This document shows, one piece after another, positions 1 to 11,884 of a stretch of 64,000 nt of DNA (its first letter is position 1; each line of letters starts with the position of its first letter). The notes beneath the pieces were generated by a model that ran no database searches, was not told the DNA's origin, and saw nothing but the letters and a program-made list of their open reading frames with translations. The DNA comes from Macrostomum hystrix (taxonomy: Eukaryota > Animalia > Platyhelminthes): assembly GCA_950097015.1 (NCBI GenBank), contig CATNEN010000028.1:744001-808000 (forward strand). Direction: 5' to 3'. A program made the position numbers and the translations under genes.

Positions 1-1415
1 TCTCCACTGCCTCTATCCACCTCTCTCCACTGCCTCTATCCACCTCTCTCCAATCCCTCTATCAACCTCTCACCACTGCCTCTATCCACCTCTCTTCACT
101 GTCTCTATCCACCTCTCTCCACTGTCTCTATCCACCTCTCTCCACTGCCTCTATCCACCTCTCTCCACTGTCTCTATCCACCTCTCTCCACTGCCTCTAT
201 CCACCTCTCTCCACTGGCTCTATTCACCTCTCTCCACTGTCTCTATCCACCTCTCTTCACTGTCTCTATCCACCTCTCTCCACTGTCTCTATCCACCTCT
301 CTTCACTGTCTCTATCCACCTCTCTCCACTGTCTCTATCCACCTCTCTTCACTGTCTCTATTCACCTCTCTCCACTGCCTCTATCCACCTCTCTCCACTG
401 TCTCTATCCACCTCTCACCACTGCCTCTATCCACCTCTCTCCACTGTCTCTATCCACCTCTCTCCACTGTCTCTATCCACCTCTCTCCACTGTCTCTATC
501 CACCTCTCTCCACTGTCTCTATCCACCTCTCTCCACTGTCTCTATCCACCTCTCTCCACTGGCTCTATTCACCTCTCTCCAATCCCTCTATCCACCTCTC
601 ACCACTGTCTCTATCCACCTCTCTCCACTGTCTCTATCCACCTCTCTCCACTGCCTCTATCCACCTCTCTCCAATCCCTCTATCCACCTCTCACCACTGC
701 CTCTATCCACCTCTGTTCACTGCCTCTATCCACCTCTCTCCAATCCCTCTATCCACCTCTCACCACTGCCTCTATCCACCTCTGTTCACTGGCTCTATCC
801 ACCTCTCTTCACTGTCTCTATCCACCTCTCTCCACTGTCTCTATCCACCTCTCTCCACTGTCTCTATCCACCTCTCTTCACTGTCTCTATCCACCTCTCT
901 CCACTGTCTCTATCCACCTCTCTTCACTGTCTCTATCCACCTCTCTCCACTGTCTCTATCCACCTCTCTCCACTGTCTCTATCCACCTCTCTCCACTGCC
1001 TCTATCCACCTCTCTCCACTGGCTCTATTCACCTCTCTCCAATCCCTCTATCCACCTCTCACCACTGTCTCTATCCACCTCTCTCCACTGTCTCTATCCA
1101 CCTCTCTCCACTGCCTCTATCCACCTCTCTCCAATCCCTCTATCCACCTCTCACCACTGCCTCTATCCACCTCTGTCCACTGTCTCTATCCACCTCTCTT
1201 CACTGTCTCTATCCACCTCTCTCCACTGTCTCTATCCACCTCTCTCCACTGTCTCTATCCACCTCTCTTCACTGTCTCTATCCACCTCTCTCCACTGTCT
1301 CTATCCACCTCTCTTCACTGTCTCTATCCACCTCTCTCCACTGTCTCTATCCACCTCTCTCCACTGTCTCTATCCACCTCTCTCCACTGCCTCTTTCTAC
1401 CTCTCTCCACTGCTG
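1..1415. repeat. 23-bp minisatellite (CCACTG[T/C]CTCTATCCACCTCTCT), truncated by window start
   Basis: Directly visible tandem array, pyrimidine-rich on +. Confidence 0.97.
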
Positions 1416-1727
1416 CTATCTACTTCTCTAACAGCTTGTCCTGAATCTGGTCTTCAGTTGCACTGTGGGTGAGGACAAAATCCATAAACTGGATGGTCTA
1501 ACTGGTTCCTCTGGGTCATTGGGTCATTCTTTAATTTAGATACGAACTGATCTTCCCGTTTCCTAAATCCCAAATTAATTACATGAGTTATGCCCAAATA
1601 GGCCCGAATTGACATGCCTGAGTTGCTCTGAGCATAATGTACGTATTTAGCAGTGTGGATCGAATATTTGCGTGGCTTGTACAGAAAATGCTAATAATAT
1701 AGTTTTCGGAAATGGGCAAAACCAATT

Positions 1728-2278
1728 AGTCAGTTAGTTAGTTAGTTAGTTATTCAGTTAGTTGGTTATTTAGTTATTTAGTTAGTTAGTTAGTTGGTTA
1801 GTTAGTTAGTTAGTTGGTTAGTAAGTTAGTTAGTTGGTTAGTTGGTTATTTAGTTATTTAGTTATTTAGTTAGTTGGTTAGTTAGTTAGTTAGTTGGTTA
1901 TTTAGTTATTTAGTTATTTAGTTAGTTGGTTAGTTAGTTAGTTAGTTGGTTAGTAAGTTAGTTAGTTGGTTAGTTGGTTATTTAGTTATTTAGTTATTTA
2001 GTTAGTTGGTTAGTTAGTTAGTTAGTTGGTTATTTAGTTATTTAGTTATTTAGTTAGTTGGTTAGTTAGTTAGTTAGTTGGTTAGTAAGTTAGTTAGTTG
2101 GTTAGTTGGTTATTTAGTTATTTAGTTATTTAGTTAGTTGGTTATTTAGTTATTTAGTTATTTAGTTAGTTGGTTAGTTAGTTAGTTAGTTGGTTAGTAA
2201 GTTAGTTAGTTAGTTAGTTATTTAGTTAGTTGGTTAGTTAGTTATTTAGTTAGTTGGTTAGTTAGTTATTTAGTTAGT

Positions 2279-2309
<31 letters not shown>

Positions 2310-2482
2310 TTATTTAGTTAGTTGGTTAGTTAGCTGGTTAGTTAGTTGGTTAGTTAGTTTGTTAGTTAGTTAGTTAGTTAGTTGGTTAGTTAGTTATTTA
2401 GTTAGTTGGTTAGTTAGTTAGTTATTTAGTTAGTTGGTTAGTTAGTTATTTAGTTAGTTGGTTAGTTAGTTATTTAGTTAGT

Positions 2483-2513
<31 letters not shown>

Positions 2514-2526
2514 TTATTTAGTTAGT

Positions 2527-2557
<31 letters not shown>

Positions 2558-2570
2558 TTATTTAGTTAGT

Positions 2571-2601
<31 letters not shown>

Positions 2602-2814
2602 TTATTTAGTTAGTTGGTTAGTTAGTTGGTTAGTTTGTTGGTTAGTTAGTTGGTTAGTTAGTTTGTTAGTTAGTTAGTTAGTTGGTTAGTTAGTTAGTTA
2701 GTTATTTTGTTAGTTGGTTAGTTAGTTAGTTAGTTAGTTAGCTGGTTAGTTAGTTGGTTAGTTAGTTTGTTAGTTAGTTAGTTAGTTAGTTGGTTAGTTA
2801 GTTATTTAGTTAGT

Positions 2815-2845
<31 letters not shown>

Positions 2846-2986
2846 TTATTTAGTTAGTTGGTTAGTTAGTTGGTTAGTTAGTTGGTTAGTTAGTTGGTTA
2901 GTTAGTTGGTTAGTTATTTAGTTAGTTGGTTAGTTAGTTAGTTAGTTATTTTGTTAGTTGGTTAGTTAGTTAGTTAGTTAGTTAGC

Positions 2987-3017
<31 letters not shown>

Positions 3018-3132
3018 TTGGTTAGTTAGTTAGTTAGTTATTTTGTTAGTTGGTTAGTTAGTTAGTTAGTTATTTAGTTAATTGGTTAGTTAGTTAGTTA
3101 GTTTCTTTGTTAGTTTGATTGTTTGTTAGTTG

Positions 3133-3163
<31 letters not shown>

Positions 3164-3412
3164 GGTTAGTTAGTTAGTTAGTTATTTAGTTAGTTGGTTA
3201 GTTAGTTGGTTAGTTAGTTGGTTAGTTAGTTGGTTAGTTAGTTGGTTAGTTAGTTGGTTAGTTAGTTGGTTAGTTAGTTGGTTAGTTAGTTTGTTAGTTA
3301 GTTAGTTAGTTATTTTGTTAGTTGGTTAGTTAGTTAGTTAGTTAGTTTGTTTGTTGGTTAGTTGGTTAGTTAGTTAGTTAGTTAGTTAGTTAATTAGTTA
3401 ATTAGTTGGTTG

Positions 3413-3443
<31 letters not shown>

Positions 3444-3497
3444 GGTTAGTTAGTTGGTTAGTTAGTTGGTTAGTTAGTTGGTTAGTTAGATAGTTAG
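1728..3497. repeat. Compound (TTAG)n microsatellite with TTGG/TTAT/TTTG variant units, about 1.75 kb
   Basis: Directly visible. Confidence 0.97.
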
Positions 3498-3903
3498 TTT
3501 TTTAGCGCTGGGGCTGTTCCATTGATGGGCTGGGATAAATGGTTGAGTGCCACTAGAAAGCGCTAATGCAACTAGCTCGCAGTCAATCAGCAGCAGAAGC
3601 AACAACAACAGTAATCGCTCATAGAAAATATCGCCTAAGAAAGGCATCGTTTATTGACAAATCAAGTACCTATTGAGAACAAGTAGCAAGGCAGGACTCA
3701 ACTGCAGGACTGGTCATTCGCAGTTAGTGCTGTGTATTGGGCTCGTTGGTCACAGAGCGGAGTGCAGAGGGCTCGATTTACTCAGAGAAGGACCCCATGG
3801 GAAGTGCCGAGGCACTTTAGGCTGGAAGGCAATTAAACTGAGGCGGGCAGGGCTAGATAAATATCGCTTTTTCTCTCAAAGGCCGATTCTGCGTTCAACC
3901 TGA

Positions 3904-3907
3904 AGCA

Positions 3908-3989
<82 letters not shown>
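3904..3989. repeat. (CAG)n trinucleotide run, about 28 units, upstream of the GPCR
   Basis: Directly visible; it produces the poly-C and poly-A ORFs in the track. Confidence 0.97.
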
Positions 3990-3992
<3 letters not shown>

Positions 3993-4517
3993 TGTCGCTC
4001 AAGGGAGGTAGAGTGACTGAGGCGGAAAAATTCTGAAACGCTATGGTAGCAAACCAGCTGAATAAAGAGAGAGTGAGGCGGGAGAAGGAACAGAGAGAGA
4101 GAATGAGGGTCTGAAAAAAATGCGAAGGGATTTGAGCTGGGAGCTGCCGATGGATGCTGGGATTTCGGATCAAGAGAGAGGGGGGAGAGTGGGAGAGAAT
4201 AATCACGCATCTCCTGGTTTTTGTGGCGTCTCGGCTCCCGCAGTCCCTGATGGCAGGCAGGCAGGCTCTCTCTCGCTCTCTCGTTTCCCCAAGCACTGTT
4301 CCTGGGCAACCAATAGCGGTCACGAGGACGCAGACAGCGTGTCCGACTGTCGCTCTAGCAATCGAATGGGGATTCACAGTGGGAGTGTGGGGAAGTGAAT
4401 ATGAGAGGGCAGCGCCTGGGCTCGCGGGTTCAGAACGACTCGGGAGGCATTGCCAAAACAGACGGGCATCTGTCTAGAGACAATTCACAATTGAAAACAG
4501 TGTGTGTTTAGGAGGCC

Positions 4518-5861
4518 ATGAGTACAACGGCGCCGGCGCTTGCGCATCCGGGAGACGCGGAGGCCCAGGAGGAGGCGGTGTACCGCTCCCTTCTACTGCC
4601 GTCTTACGGCCTGAGTCTGTGTGTGTCGGCTGCGGCCCTAGTCTCTCTGGTGTTTACACTGTGGATTTTCCTTCGCCGGCGAGACGCCACAGCCGGGGCG
4701 CGCGGCATGGTGCTGCTGATTGTCACCGGCCTGTTCACGGCCATGTCGCTAACCGTGCTGCACATTGTAAACATCGAACAGCTGGCAGCGCCACCAGTGA
4801 ATGGTAGCGGCAACGGCAGTCAAGTTCTGGAACGCTTCATGGAAGCGCAGTATGTGATCAGCAACACCAGCTTGCTGCTGCGCAACTGGTGGGTCACCTT
4901 CCTGACGGTGATCCGGTTCGTTGTGATCATGTTCCCGCTGCGGGTGCCAGAGATGCTCACAAGAAAGCGACAGCTGGCTGCGTTCTTCGCCATTCTGACC
5001 GCCTCCGCCGCATTCAGCATCGTTCGCCACCTCGAAGAGAAGACCTGCACCGCGACCGCCATCGCCGCCGCCAAAGCCGCAGTGGAAACGGCTGGCTTAG
5101 CTGGTAACTCCAGTCTAATAACAACGCCCTCCTCGCCAACATTCTCGCTGCCATCCTGCGAGAGCTTCATCATCTTCTTCTTCGTGATGCAAACTGGTGT
5201 TCCGGTGCCCACAGTTCTGGTCCTGTCGGTGGCGCTGGCTGCTCACCTGTGCGCCGCACGGGAACCATCCGACACCGCCAACGCCGGCGCATCGGCCTCT
5301 TCATCGGCACCAGCGACTGCGGCGACGTCAGCACCGACTGTCGGGCTGTGCGCTCAGTCCGATTCAATCGTCGAGGGATCGTCTTGCAACGCCCTGACGG
5401 TGCCGTCAATGGATTCTGGAAGGCCGCAGCATCATCGCCAGCAACAGCAGCAGCAAAGTCACAAGCCGGCGCGCAGTCGCGGCCTGTGCCGCAAGCGCAA
5501 AGCGACACGCATTCTCTTAGCCCTGGCCGTCACCTTCACGGTGCTGGAGCTACCGACCTTCATCTACTTCATCCTCATGCACTTTTTTCCTCACTTCCGC
5601 TGCTCCAGCCCGGGCAAGGCGCGCCTCATCTTCTCCGGCCTCAACGCGCTGGTGACGCTGGACACTCTGGCGAATTTTTTCATCTTCTTTGTCTTCTCGG
5701 AGTCCTTCAAGCGCGAGGTGAAACGCTGCGCCTGTCGCGGTCAATTCGGACGGAAACTGCCGACCGAGGCTGGTCGCACCGGCGTCGGTCGTCACAGCAG
5801 CCCGGAGTTGCAGCCGCTCAGGTCGATGCCGCACTCCAGTCCAACTAACTGGCAGCACTAG
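4518..5861 (+). CDS. Intronless class A (rhodopsin-like) GPCR, orphan, peptide-receptor-like, 447 aa
   Basis: Seven hydrophobic segments. TM3 end NWWVTFLTVIRFVVIMFPLR (DRY position = IRF), TM6 RKATRILLALAVTFTVLELP, TM7/H8 LANFFIFFVFSESFKREV. Long low-complexity ICL3 with polyQ. The pattern resembles invertebrate FMRFamide/sex-peptide/Srw-like receptors. Confidence 0.9.
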   Translation: MSTTAPALAHPGDAEAQEEAVYRSLLLPSYGLSLCVSAAALVSLVFTLWIFLRRRDATAGARGMVLLIVTGLFTAMSLTVLHIVNIEQLAAPPVNGSGNGSQVLERFMEAQYVISNTSLLLRNWWVTFLTVIRFVVIMFPLRVPEMLTRKRQLAAFFAILTASAAFSIVRHLEEKTCTATAIAAAKAAVETAGLAGNSSLITTPSSPTFSLPSCESFIIFFFVMQTGVPVPTVLVLSVALAAHLCAAREPSDTANAGASASSSAPATAATSAPTVGLCAQSDSIVEGSSCNALTVPSMDSGRPQHHRQQQQQQSHKPARSRGLCRKRKATRILLALAVTFTVLELPTFIYFILMHFFPHFRCSSPGKARLIFSGLNALVTLDTLANFFIFFVFSESFKREVKRCACRGQFGRKLPTEAGRTGVGRHSSPELQPLRSMPHSSPTNWQH

Positions 5862-6589
5862 CGGCACAAGCAACTGGACTTAGGCCAGATCGCATACTCC
5901 ATTTGTTCGCCATAGTTCGCCAATTCTTATTTCGCGTCTCATCGGCTCCCAAAGGGACAGGCAAATTGGCTTAGCTTCATTAGGGAGTTTGGCTGGCGGG
6001 GCCGACTTGGCGAAGTGCCATTGTGCGACCCGATTCTCAAGATTAGTTTCCCTTTGAGCCTATGGCAGGAGCGAATGAGCACTCCAATTTTCGATCAGTC
6101 ACTTGATCTCTCGCGCCCCCACTAGCAATGAACCTAGCTAAAACACCTGTCCCAAAGAACTGCAGATTTAGATAGAATGTCGCGAACAAAATCGGTCTAA
6201 ACAACCATTTGAAATAGAAAACTTTGTACAAAATCTGAAATATAATCCGCATATCAAACTTATACGAAGAAATTTGGCAAAAGAAACAAACTGATATTCA
6301 CTATTTCGCTCAATCGATTTCTTATCGTCTATCTATAACAGAACCAGCTGCGGTTCTGCCACTGTGCTAGCTGCTTAACCGCTTCTGTGTCGAGGCTGAA
6401 ATATTTGACACCCTAAAAAACGACAGTCACTGTTCCTGTACTCTAAGGCAGAAAAAAATCGAATAGGCAGTTTTGAAATTTTCGAAACAGTCGCTTGGCG
6501 ATATCAACTTGCAGTTTCTAAAAATAGCTTCACGCCTCAACTTCTACGACGGAATTCTGAAATATTTAAGTTGGCTTCATTCGATTCTA

Positions 6590-6825
6590 ACCGTTATCCT
6601 GCTGCGATTCTAGCTGGTATCCTGCTGCGATTCTAGCTGGTATCCTGCTGCGATTCTAGCTGCTATCCTGCTGCGATTCTAGCTGGTATCCTGCTGCGAT
6701 TCTAGCTGGTATCTTTCTGCGATTCTAGCCGTTATCCTTCTGCGATTCTAGCTCGTATCCTGCTGCGATTCTAGCTCGCATCTTGCTGCGATTCTAGCCG
6801 TACCCTGCTGCGATTCTAGCTAAAA
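6590..6825. repeat. 23-bp minisatellite (CTGCTGCGATTCTAGCTGGTATC), about 10 units
   Basis: Directly visible. Confidence 0.95.
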
Positions 6826-7651
6826 TCGTTCTGTCTGGCTGAATTTTAGCTTAGTAGATATACAATCTAAGATTTAAATCAATATCTTCCTCATTTCACC
6901 TACTACCAATGTTCAACCATCACCGACATGGTTTAACTTACGTATCGATGAAGCTAACAGTATCCAAACTTCAGGATTGTAGCATTGTAAAAAAATTCAT
7001 TCTGTCTGTTTCGTCGCTAATGAGGAAACATATTAGAAAAAAGCAAACTAAATTTTCTAGCTTTAAGCTACTAAATTAGGAACACAAAAGTACAAAACAG
7101 CCTTACACATCGCCTAAAATAACAAAAATGTTTTTCAAATTTGACACTTGAAGGCGCTCTATTTTGTTTACCAACCAAGAGAAAACATGCTAAGAACATT
7201 GAGGAAGAGTTCTAGGATAGAAATTCAAAAAATATACTCTTAAGGGGGAAATATATGCTCTAATTTCTAGAAAAAAGGATGGAAAATGAAAAAACATGGA
7301 TAAATACGCATAGTTTTGTCCCCGCTGCTTCTAGGGGCTGTATTGAGAAGCAAACAAGTCAGGAAATGATTGGTCAATAGTTTGAATAACTAGGAAAAAA
7401 TAGCTCTAGAATAACTGTTCCCCTTACACTTTGATGCATTGGAGAGTCATTCTTTTGGCGTCACTGGGAAGTTTTTTTAAGTAGGACGACTTGACAGACT
7501 ACTTAGTCGACCTTTCGGTGAGGCGGATTGCACAAAGTGACGAGAAAAAACGAACTGTGGTTTAAAAGTGCTGCGAAGAATGCACTTTTCTGAAAAAAAA
7601 GCTGAAATAGGCTGGCAATTAGTCTTGGCTGTTGATGAACCTGGAGATGAA

Positions 7652-7781
7652 CTATTTGGTTGCAGTGAGCCAGCGAGTCGACTCATTGTCCAACTCGGAT
7701 TCGTCTCCGCTGGTTTCTATGTTTCGACGACTATTTGGCACCCGAATGCGCACGACTGGGCCAGACATGCCAACCAGCTGC

Positions 7782-7825
<44 letters not shown>

Positions 7826-9955
7826 AGATGGCTTCTCATAGTGTGTCAGCGTGTTCGCATGACTTGGCGCAAACTCCGCGCTTAGCGGAAGCGGCGGCGA
7901 CGGCTCCTGAAGATGCTGGAAAACAAAACAGCAGGTAAAATGGGAGTTTGCATCATATTAAAAAAACTATATCTCTGACACACTACTTTTCACGAGTAGC
8001 TGCATCTTACTGATTTTTTTTATTTGCAGGCCATTGTAAAATCTAAAAAATCATTAAATATAAAAAATACCATCCTGTGCTCTTTAATGTTCAAAATTAT
8101 TGTGAAAAAATACCTATGAAAAGGGGGTGGATGGCAGGGTGGTTAAGGCATTTGCGTCTCGCCCCAGGGTCCCTGAGCTCGATTCCACGGCGAGGCCACA
8201 TCTATTTGGGGCGCAGCCGCGGTGAGAAGGCTTGGGGCTTGTCGTGCAATTTACACCCTTTAGGGCCAACCTCCAAGGCACAGTGAGAGTGTACACTGCC
8301 TGACGATGAGAAAATCAGGGCAGATGTACACACCTGTGTGAGCGTGTGCCAGCGTACAGTATCTGTGTGCGTGTGTGCTCAGGAGTCAACGAAATGGGCA
8401 GAATTGCCTCCATGATGTGTCATTGCCCGCTGCTCTCCTGCAATTGTCAATAATTATTATGCTTATCAACATGTCTCATTTTTCAAGCTATGCTTGCCCT
8501 CAGCAAAGACTGCTGCTGCTGCTGCTGCTGCTGCGGTTGCTGCGCCTGTCGCTTAGCCGAGTCGCGCACGTATACTTCGTACAGAACGGTGACAACTTCT
8601 TCGCGGAAGCTGCGGTTGGCCATCATGGCAAAGTAATTGGTGACAAATATGTCCGCCCGGTCAGTGATCTTGTAGTTGTCCGGTGTGCCGTCACGAATTA
8701 CTTGACGCGGCGCTGGCTCGTTGGCGCAGAGGCACTCATCTAGGAATAGGCCGAAGCTGTAGCCGAGATTGTCGCAGCCGCTGAGACCCAGGCGGCACTG
8801 GAAGGCGTCGATGGCCTGGCGCATCAGAGAGTCGCGTCGAAGTTCAACGTCGAATTTGTAGGCCCACTGGCGGAGATTCTTCTCGCTGTAGATAAGGTCG
8901 CGCTCGGCTTTGACGAAATCCTTTTGAATTGTGTGATCGGTTTGGATTGGTTTAGGGATGGTTTGGTTTGGTTTAGGGATGGTTTGGTTTGGTTTAGGGA
9001 TGGTTTGGTTTGGTTTAGGAATGGTTTGGTTTGGTTTAGGGATGGTTTGGTTTGGTTTAGGGATGGTTTGGCTTGGTTTAGGGATGGTTTGGTTTGGTTT
9101 AGGGATGGTTCGGTTTTTTGGTTTGATTTTTTTGGTTTGGCTTGTTTTGATTCGTTTGGTTTGGTTTGGTTTGGTTTGGTTTGTGGATGGCTTGGTTTGG
9201 TTTACTTTGGTTCAGTAGCATGTAACGTTTATAGAAGGGCATGAGCGGCTAGTGACTGACCTGAAAGTTTACGTCCTCATTTTTCCCAGCCTCTGTGAAT
9301 TCCGATTCGCAGCGCATCCGGCGAATGAAGCTGACGAGTTTGTCCAGATCACCTTTGGCGTTTACGTAGACGCGCTTCACCTGGTCAAACCAGCCGGGCT
9401 GGCGCACGTGAAACGTCAGCGTCACGTACTTGCCCTTGGACTGCTGGTCCTCGCGCATGGAGATGTGGCTGAAGCTGCTCACCAAGGCGTTGCAGCCGTT
9501 CACAAGCAGGTAGCGCGAGCTGTTACCGCTTTGTCTCTTCGCGGCCTCAGCACTGTCACCACGTCGAGTAGCTTTTGGTGCGTGGAAAAGAAACACTATC
9601 ATTTAAAATAATTTTAAAACTGTCCAGAGTAATCAGGTGCTCAATCAAGGTAGTATAGTGTGATAAGACCTGCCATTCGAAAAATAGGAGAGTCACACAA
9701 CACTAAACAGTCGCAGGCCAAACCTGTGGTCAAAGCCGACGGATCAAAAGCCGGAAGCGGCAGTGGCGCCGGAGCCCGCTGAAACAGGTCCCGGCGCCGG
9801 CTCAGCAAGCCATCGAGCGCATCAAAGTCGGGCACCTGGGCCTTCTCGGCTGGGTCGGTCTCGTAATACTCCAGGTCGCTCTTTCGCGATAGGCACATAA
9901 TCTGATTGGCCGCATTTTTCAAATCGACTGACTCAAATAGCTCGGGTCGCAACAT
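7652..9955 (-). CDS. Multi-exon protein of unknown function (326 aa in 3 exons, or 409 aa in 4 exons)
   Basis: Exons 9955-9724, 9571-9261 and 8920-8483 join in frame through GT-AG sites (phases 1 and 0). A further open exon 7915-7652 with acceptor TTTTCCAG joins in phase 0 if the GC donor at 8497 is used. GC-rich codons and polyQ tracts. No domain recognised. Confidence 0.72.
8127..8411 (+). mobile_element. tRNA-derived SINE, copy A (near full length)
   Basis: A-box-like TGGCAGGGTGG and B-box-like GAGCTCGATTCC. The body is shared with copies at 33078, 47621, 29354 and 24914. Confidence 0.8.
8938..9205. repeat. 21-bp minisatellite (TGGTTTGGTTTGGTTTAGGGA) filling intron 2 of the unknown gene
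   Basis: Directly visible; the core units contain TTTAGGG. Confidence 0.95.
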
Positions 9956-10364
9956 GACGGCTCCGTTTAAAACAAATATATTTATTAATTTTATCTTTAA
10001 ATAAAATATATAACTGATTCAGCTGACAAGCACTAATTGTTTAGTGCACGAATTCGTTATATATTCTGTTACGCGACTATTTTGTGATAGTCTATGGCGC
10101 AGATTGTGTAATGAGTAATCGATGATGCGTTCTTTGAGAACTTTCGACTGCTAAACTGATCTGTGTTATATTTTGTTACATACTACTTTTAAGAGTTTAA
10201 TAGTAATATACTTAGGTAAAGTAGTTAAAAGAGAAATCGGCATCTAAAGGCGAAAGCAAAACATTGTGAACAAATTTATTATATAGGACGTAGGGAACAA
10301 CACGTGAACAGGAAAACTCAACAAGGGTGACTTGAGATCTAAAATGTGAGCCGCGAAAATCATT

Positions 10365-11081
10365 CACCAGATCAACCACTTCATTCCACCAGATCACCCA
10401 CTTCATTCCACCAGATCACCCACTTCATTCCACCAGATCACCTACTTCATTCCACCAGATCACCCACTTCATTCCACCAGATCACCCACTTCATTCCACC
10501 AGATCACCCACTTCATTCCACCAGATCACCCACTTCATTCCACCAGATCACCCACTTCATTCCACCAGATCACCCACTTCATTCCACCAGATCAACCACT
10601 TCATTCCACCAGATCACCCACTTCATTCCACCAGATCACCCACTTCATTCCACCAGATCACCCACTTCATTCCACCAGATCACCCACTTCATTCCACCAG
10701 ATCACCCACTTCATTCCACCAGGTCACCCACTTTCTTCCATCAAATCTTCCATTTCATTCGGTGGAATGCCACCAAATACTCTACTTCATTCCACCAAAT
10801 CGTTCGATTCATTCCGCCAGATCGTTGATTTCATTCCGCCAGATCGTCGATTTCATTCCGCCAGATCGTCGATTTCATTCCGCCAGATCGTCGATTTCAT
10901 TCCGCCAGATCGTCGATTTCATTCCGCCAGATCGTCGATTTCAAACCACCTGATTGTCGATTTCATTCCGCCAGATCGTCGATTTCAAACCACCTGGTTG
11001 TCGATTTCATTCCGCCAGATCGTCGATTTCAAACCACCTGATTGTCGATTTCATTCCGCCAGATCGTCGATTTCATTCCAC
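10365..11081. repeat. Bipartite 22-bp minisatellite: CCACCAGATCACCCACTTCATT grading into CCGCCAGATCGTCGATTTCATT
   Basis: Directly visible; two related unit types joined by degenerate units at about 10740-10810. Confidence 0.95.
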
Positions 11082-11279
11082 CTGCCGTTTCAGCTGCAGT
11101 CTTTCTTGTAGCAGTTCGGCCGGCGTGCAGAACAGGCTGGGAAACATGAGTCGTCGCACCGGATTACTGCACAGTTCGTAGATTTGAAGAAACACAAACA
11201 GGGTGGTCACTAGTACGGCGCAAGTAATAAAGAACTCCTCAGAGTTTAAGGGGTCCATGAAGATTCCACGGTTCTTCAT
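11082..11279 (-). CDS. Possible first exon of a small single-pass membrane protein (MKNRGIFMDPLNSEEFFITCAVLVTTLFVFLQIYELC...)
   Basis: AG acceptor 10 nt upstream of the ATG, one hydrophobic stretch, donor CAG|GTGGAA at 11081. Downstream exon not established. Confidence 0.35.
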
Positions 11280-11499
11280 AATTCGAATTCTAGCAAAGCT
11301 TGCCGATGGATTTTAAGAATTAAATACTTTTCACTTGCTTTTTTAGATTTTCCTTGCCAATATAAAGTGCTTAATCGCTAAATTCCAGTATTTATTGTCT
11401 ATGGCCAAAACGCAGGAAAGATAGGAATAGTAGTATGTTGGCTAGTAGAATAATAAAAAAGAACAGAAAACTAATATAGAATGATATACTCGTATTTGA

Positions 11500-11543
11500 C
11501 AGCCAATCAAAATGGTCCAATCTGGCTGTGCAACGCCATTGGT
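11500..11543. promoter_or_regulatory. Cluster of three CCAAT/ATTGG boxes between two divergent candidate first exons
   Basis: AGCCAATC at 11501, TCCAATC at 11516 and ATTGG at 11538. Function is inferred. Confidence 0.35.
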
Positions 11544-11884
11544 TATGGAAGAGTTGCCAGTCTCGGCATCAGCATGATAGAATTCGTTTTTTTCCTATAA
11601 CTCTTTCCTATAAACACACATTTGCGAAACAGACGAAAGACTGGCACAGATGCAGGACACTTAGATTATTTGTGCTTGTTGTGCGAGAAGTTCCTTAGAA
11701 AAATTGAAGCAAAACAAATCAAAGAAAATTGCAATTTCAATTACGATCCATGCAATGGCTCTGCATCTACTGTTTATTGCGCTAATAGCACATCTGCATC
11801 AGCAAGTCTGTGAGTCAACTGCTTCTTTGTTTGTGCCCTTACAAGCTGGTGTTTCAGCTTGGAAAAATAGTTGGATAGTAACCA

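Noticed and set aside
8290-8335. Hammerhead ribozyme in the SINE (CTGACGA...GAAA)
   Set aside because: Only 3 nt separate CUGACGA from GAAA (no stem II), there is no stem III, and no NUH is placed correctly before stem I.
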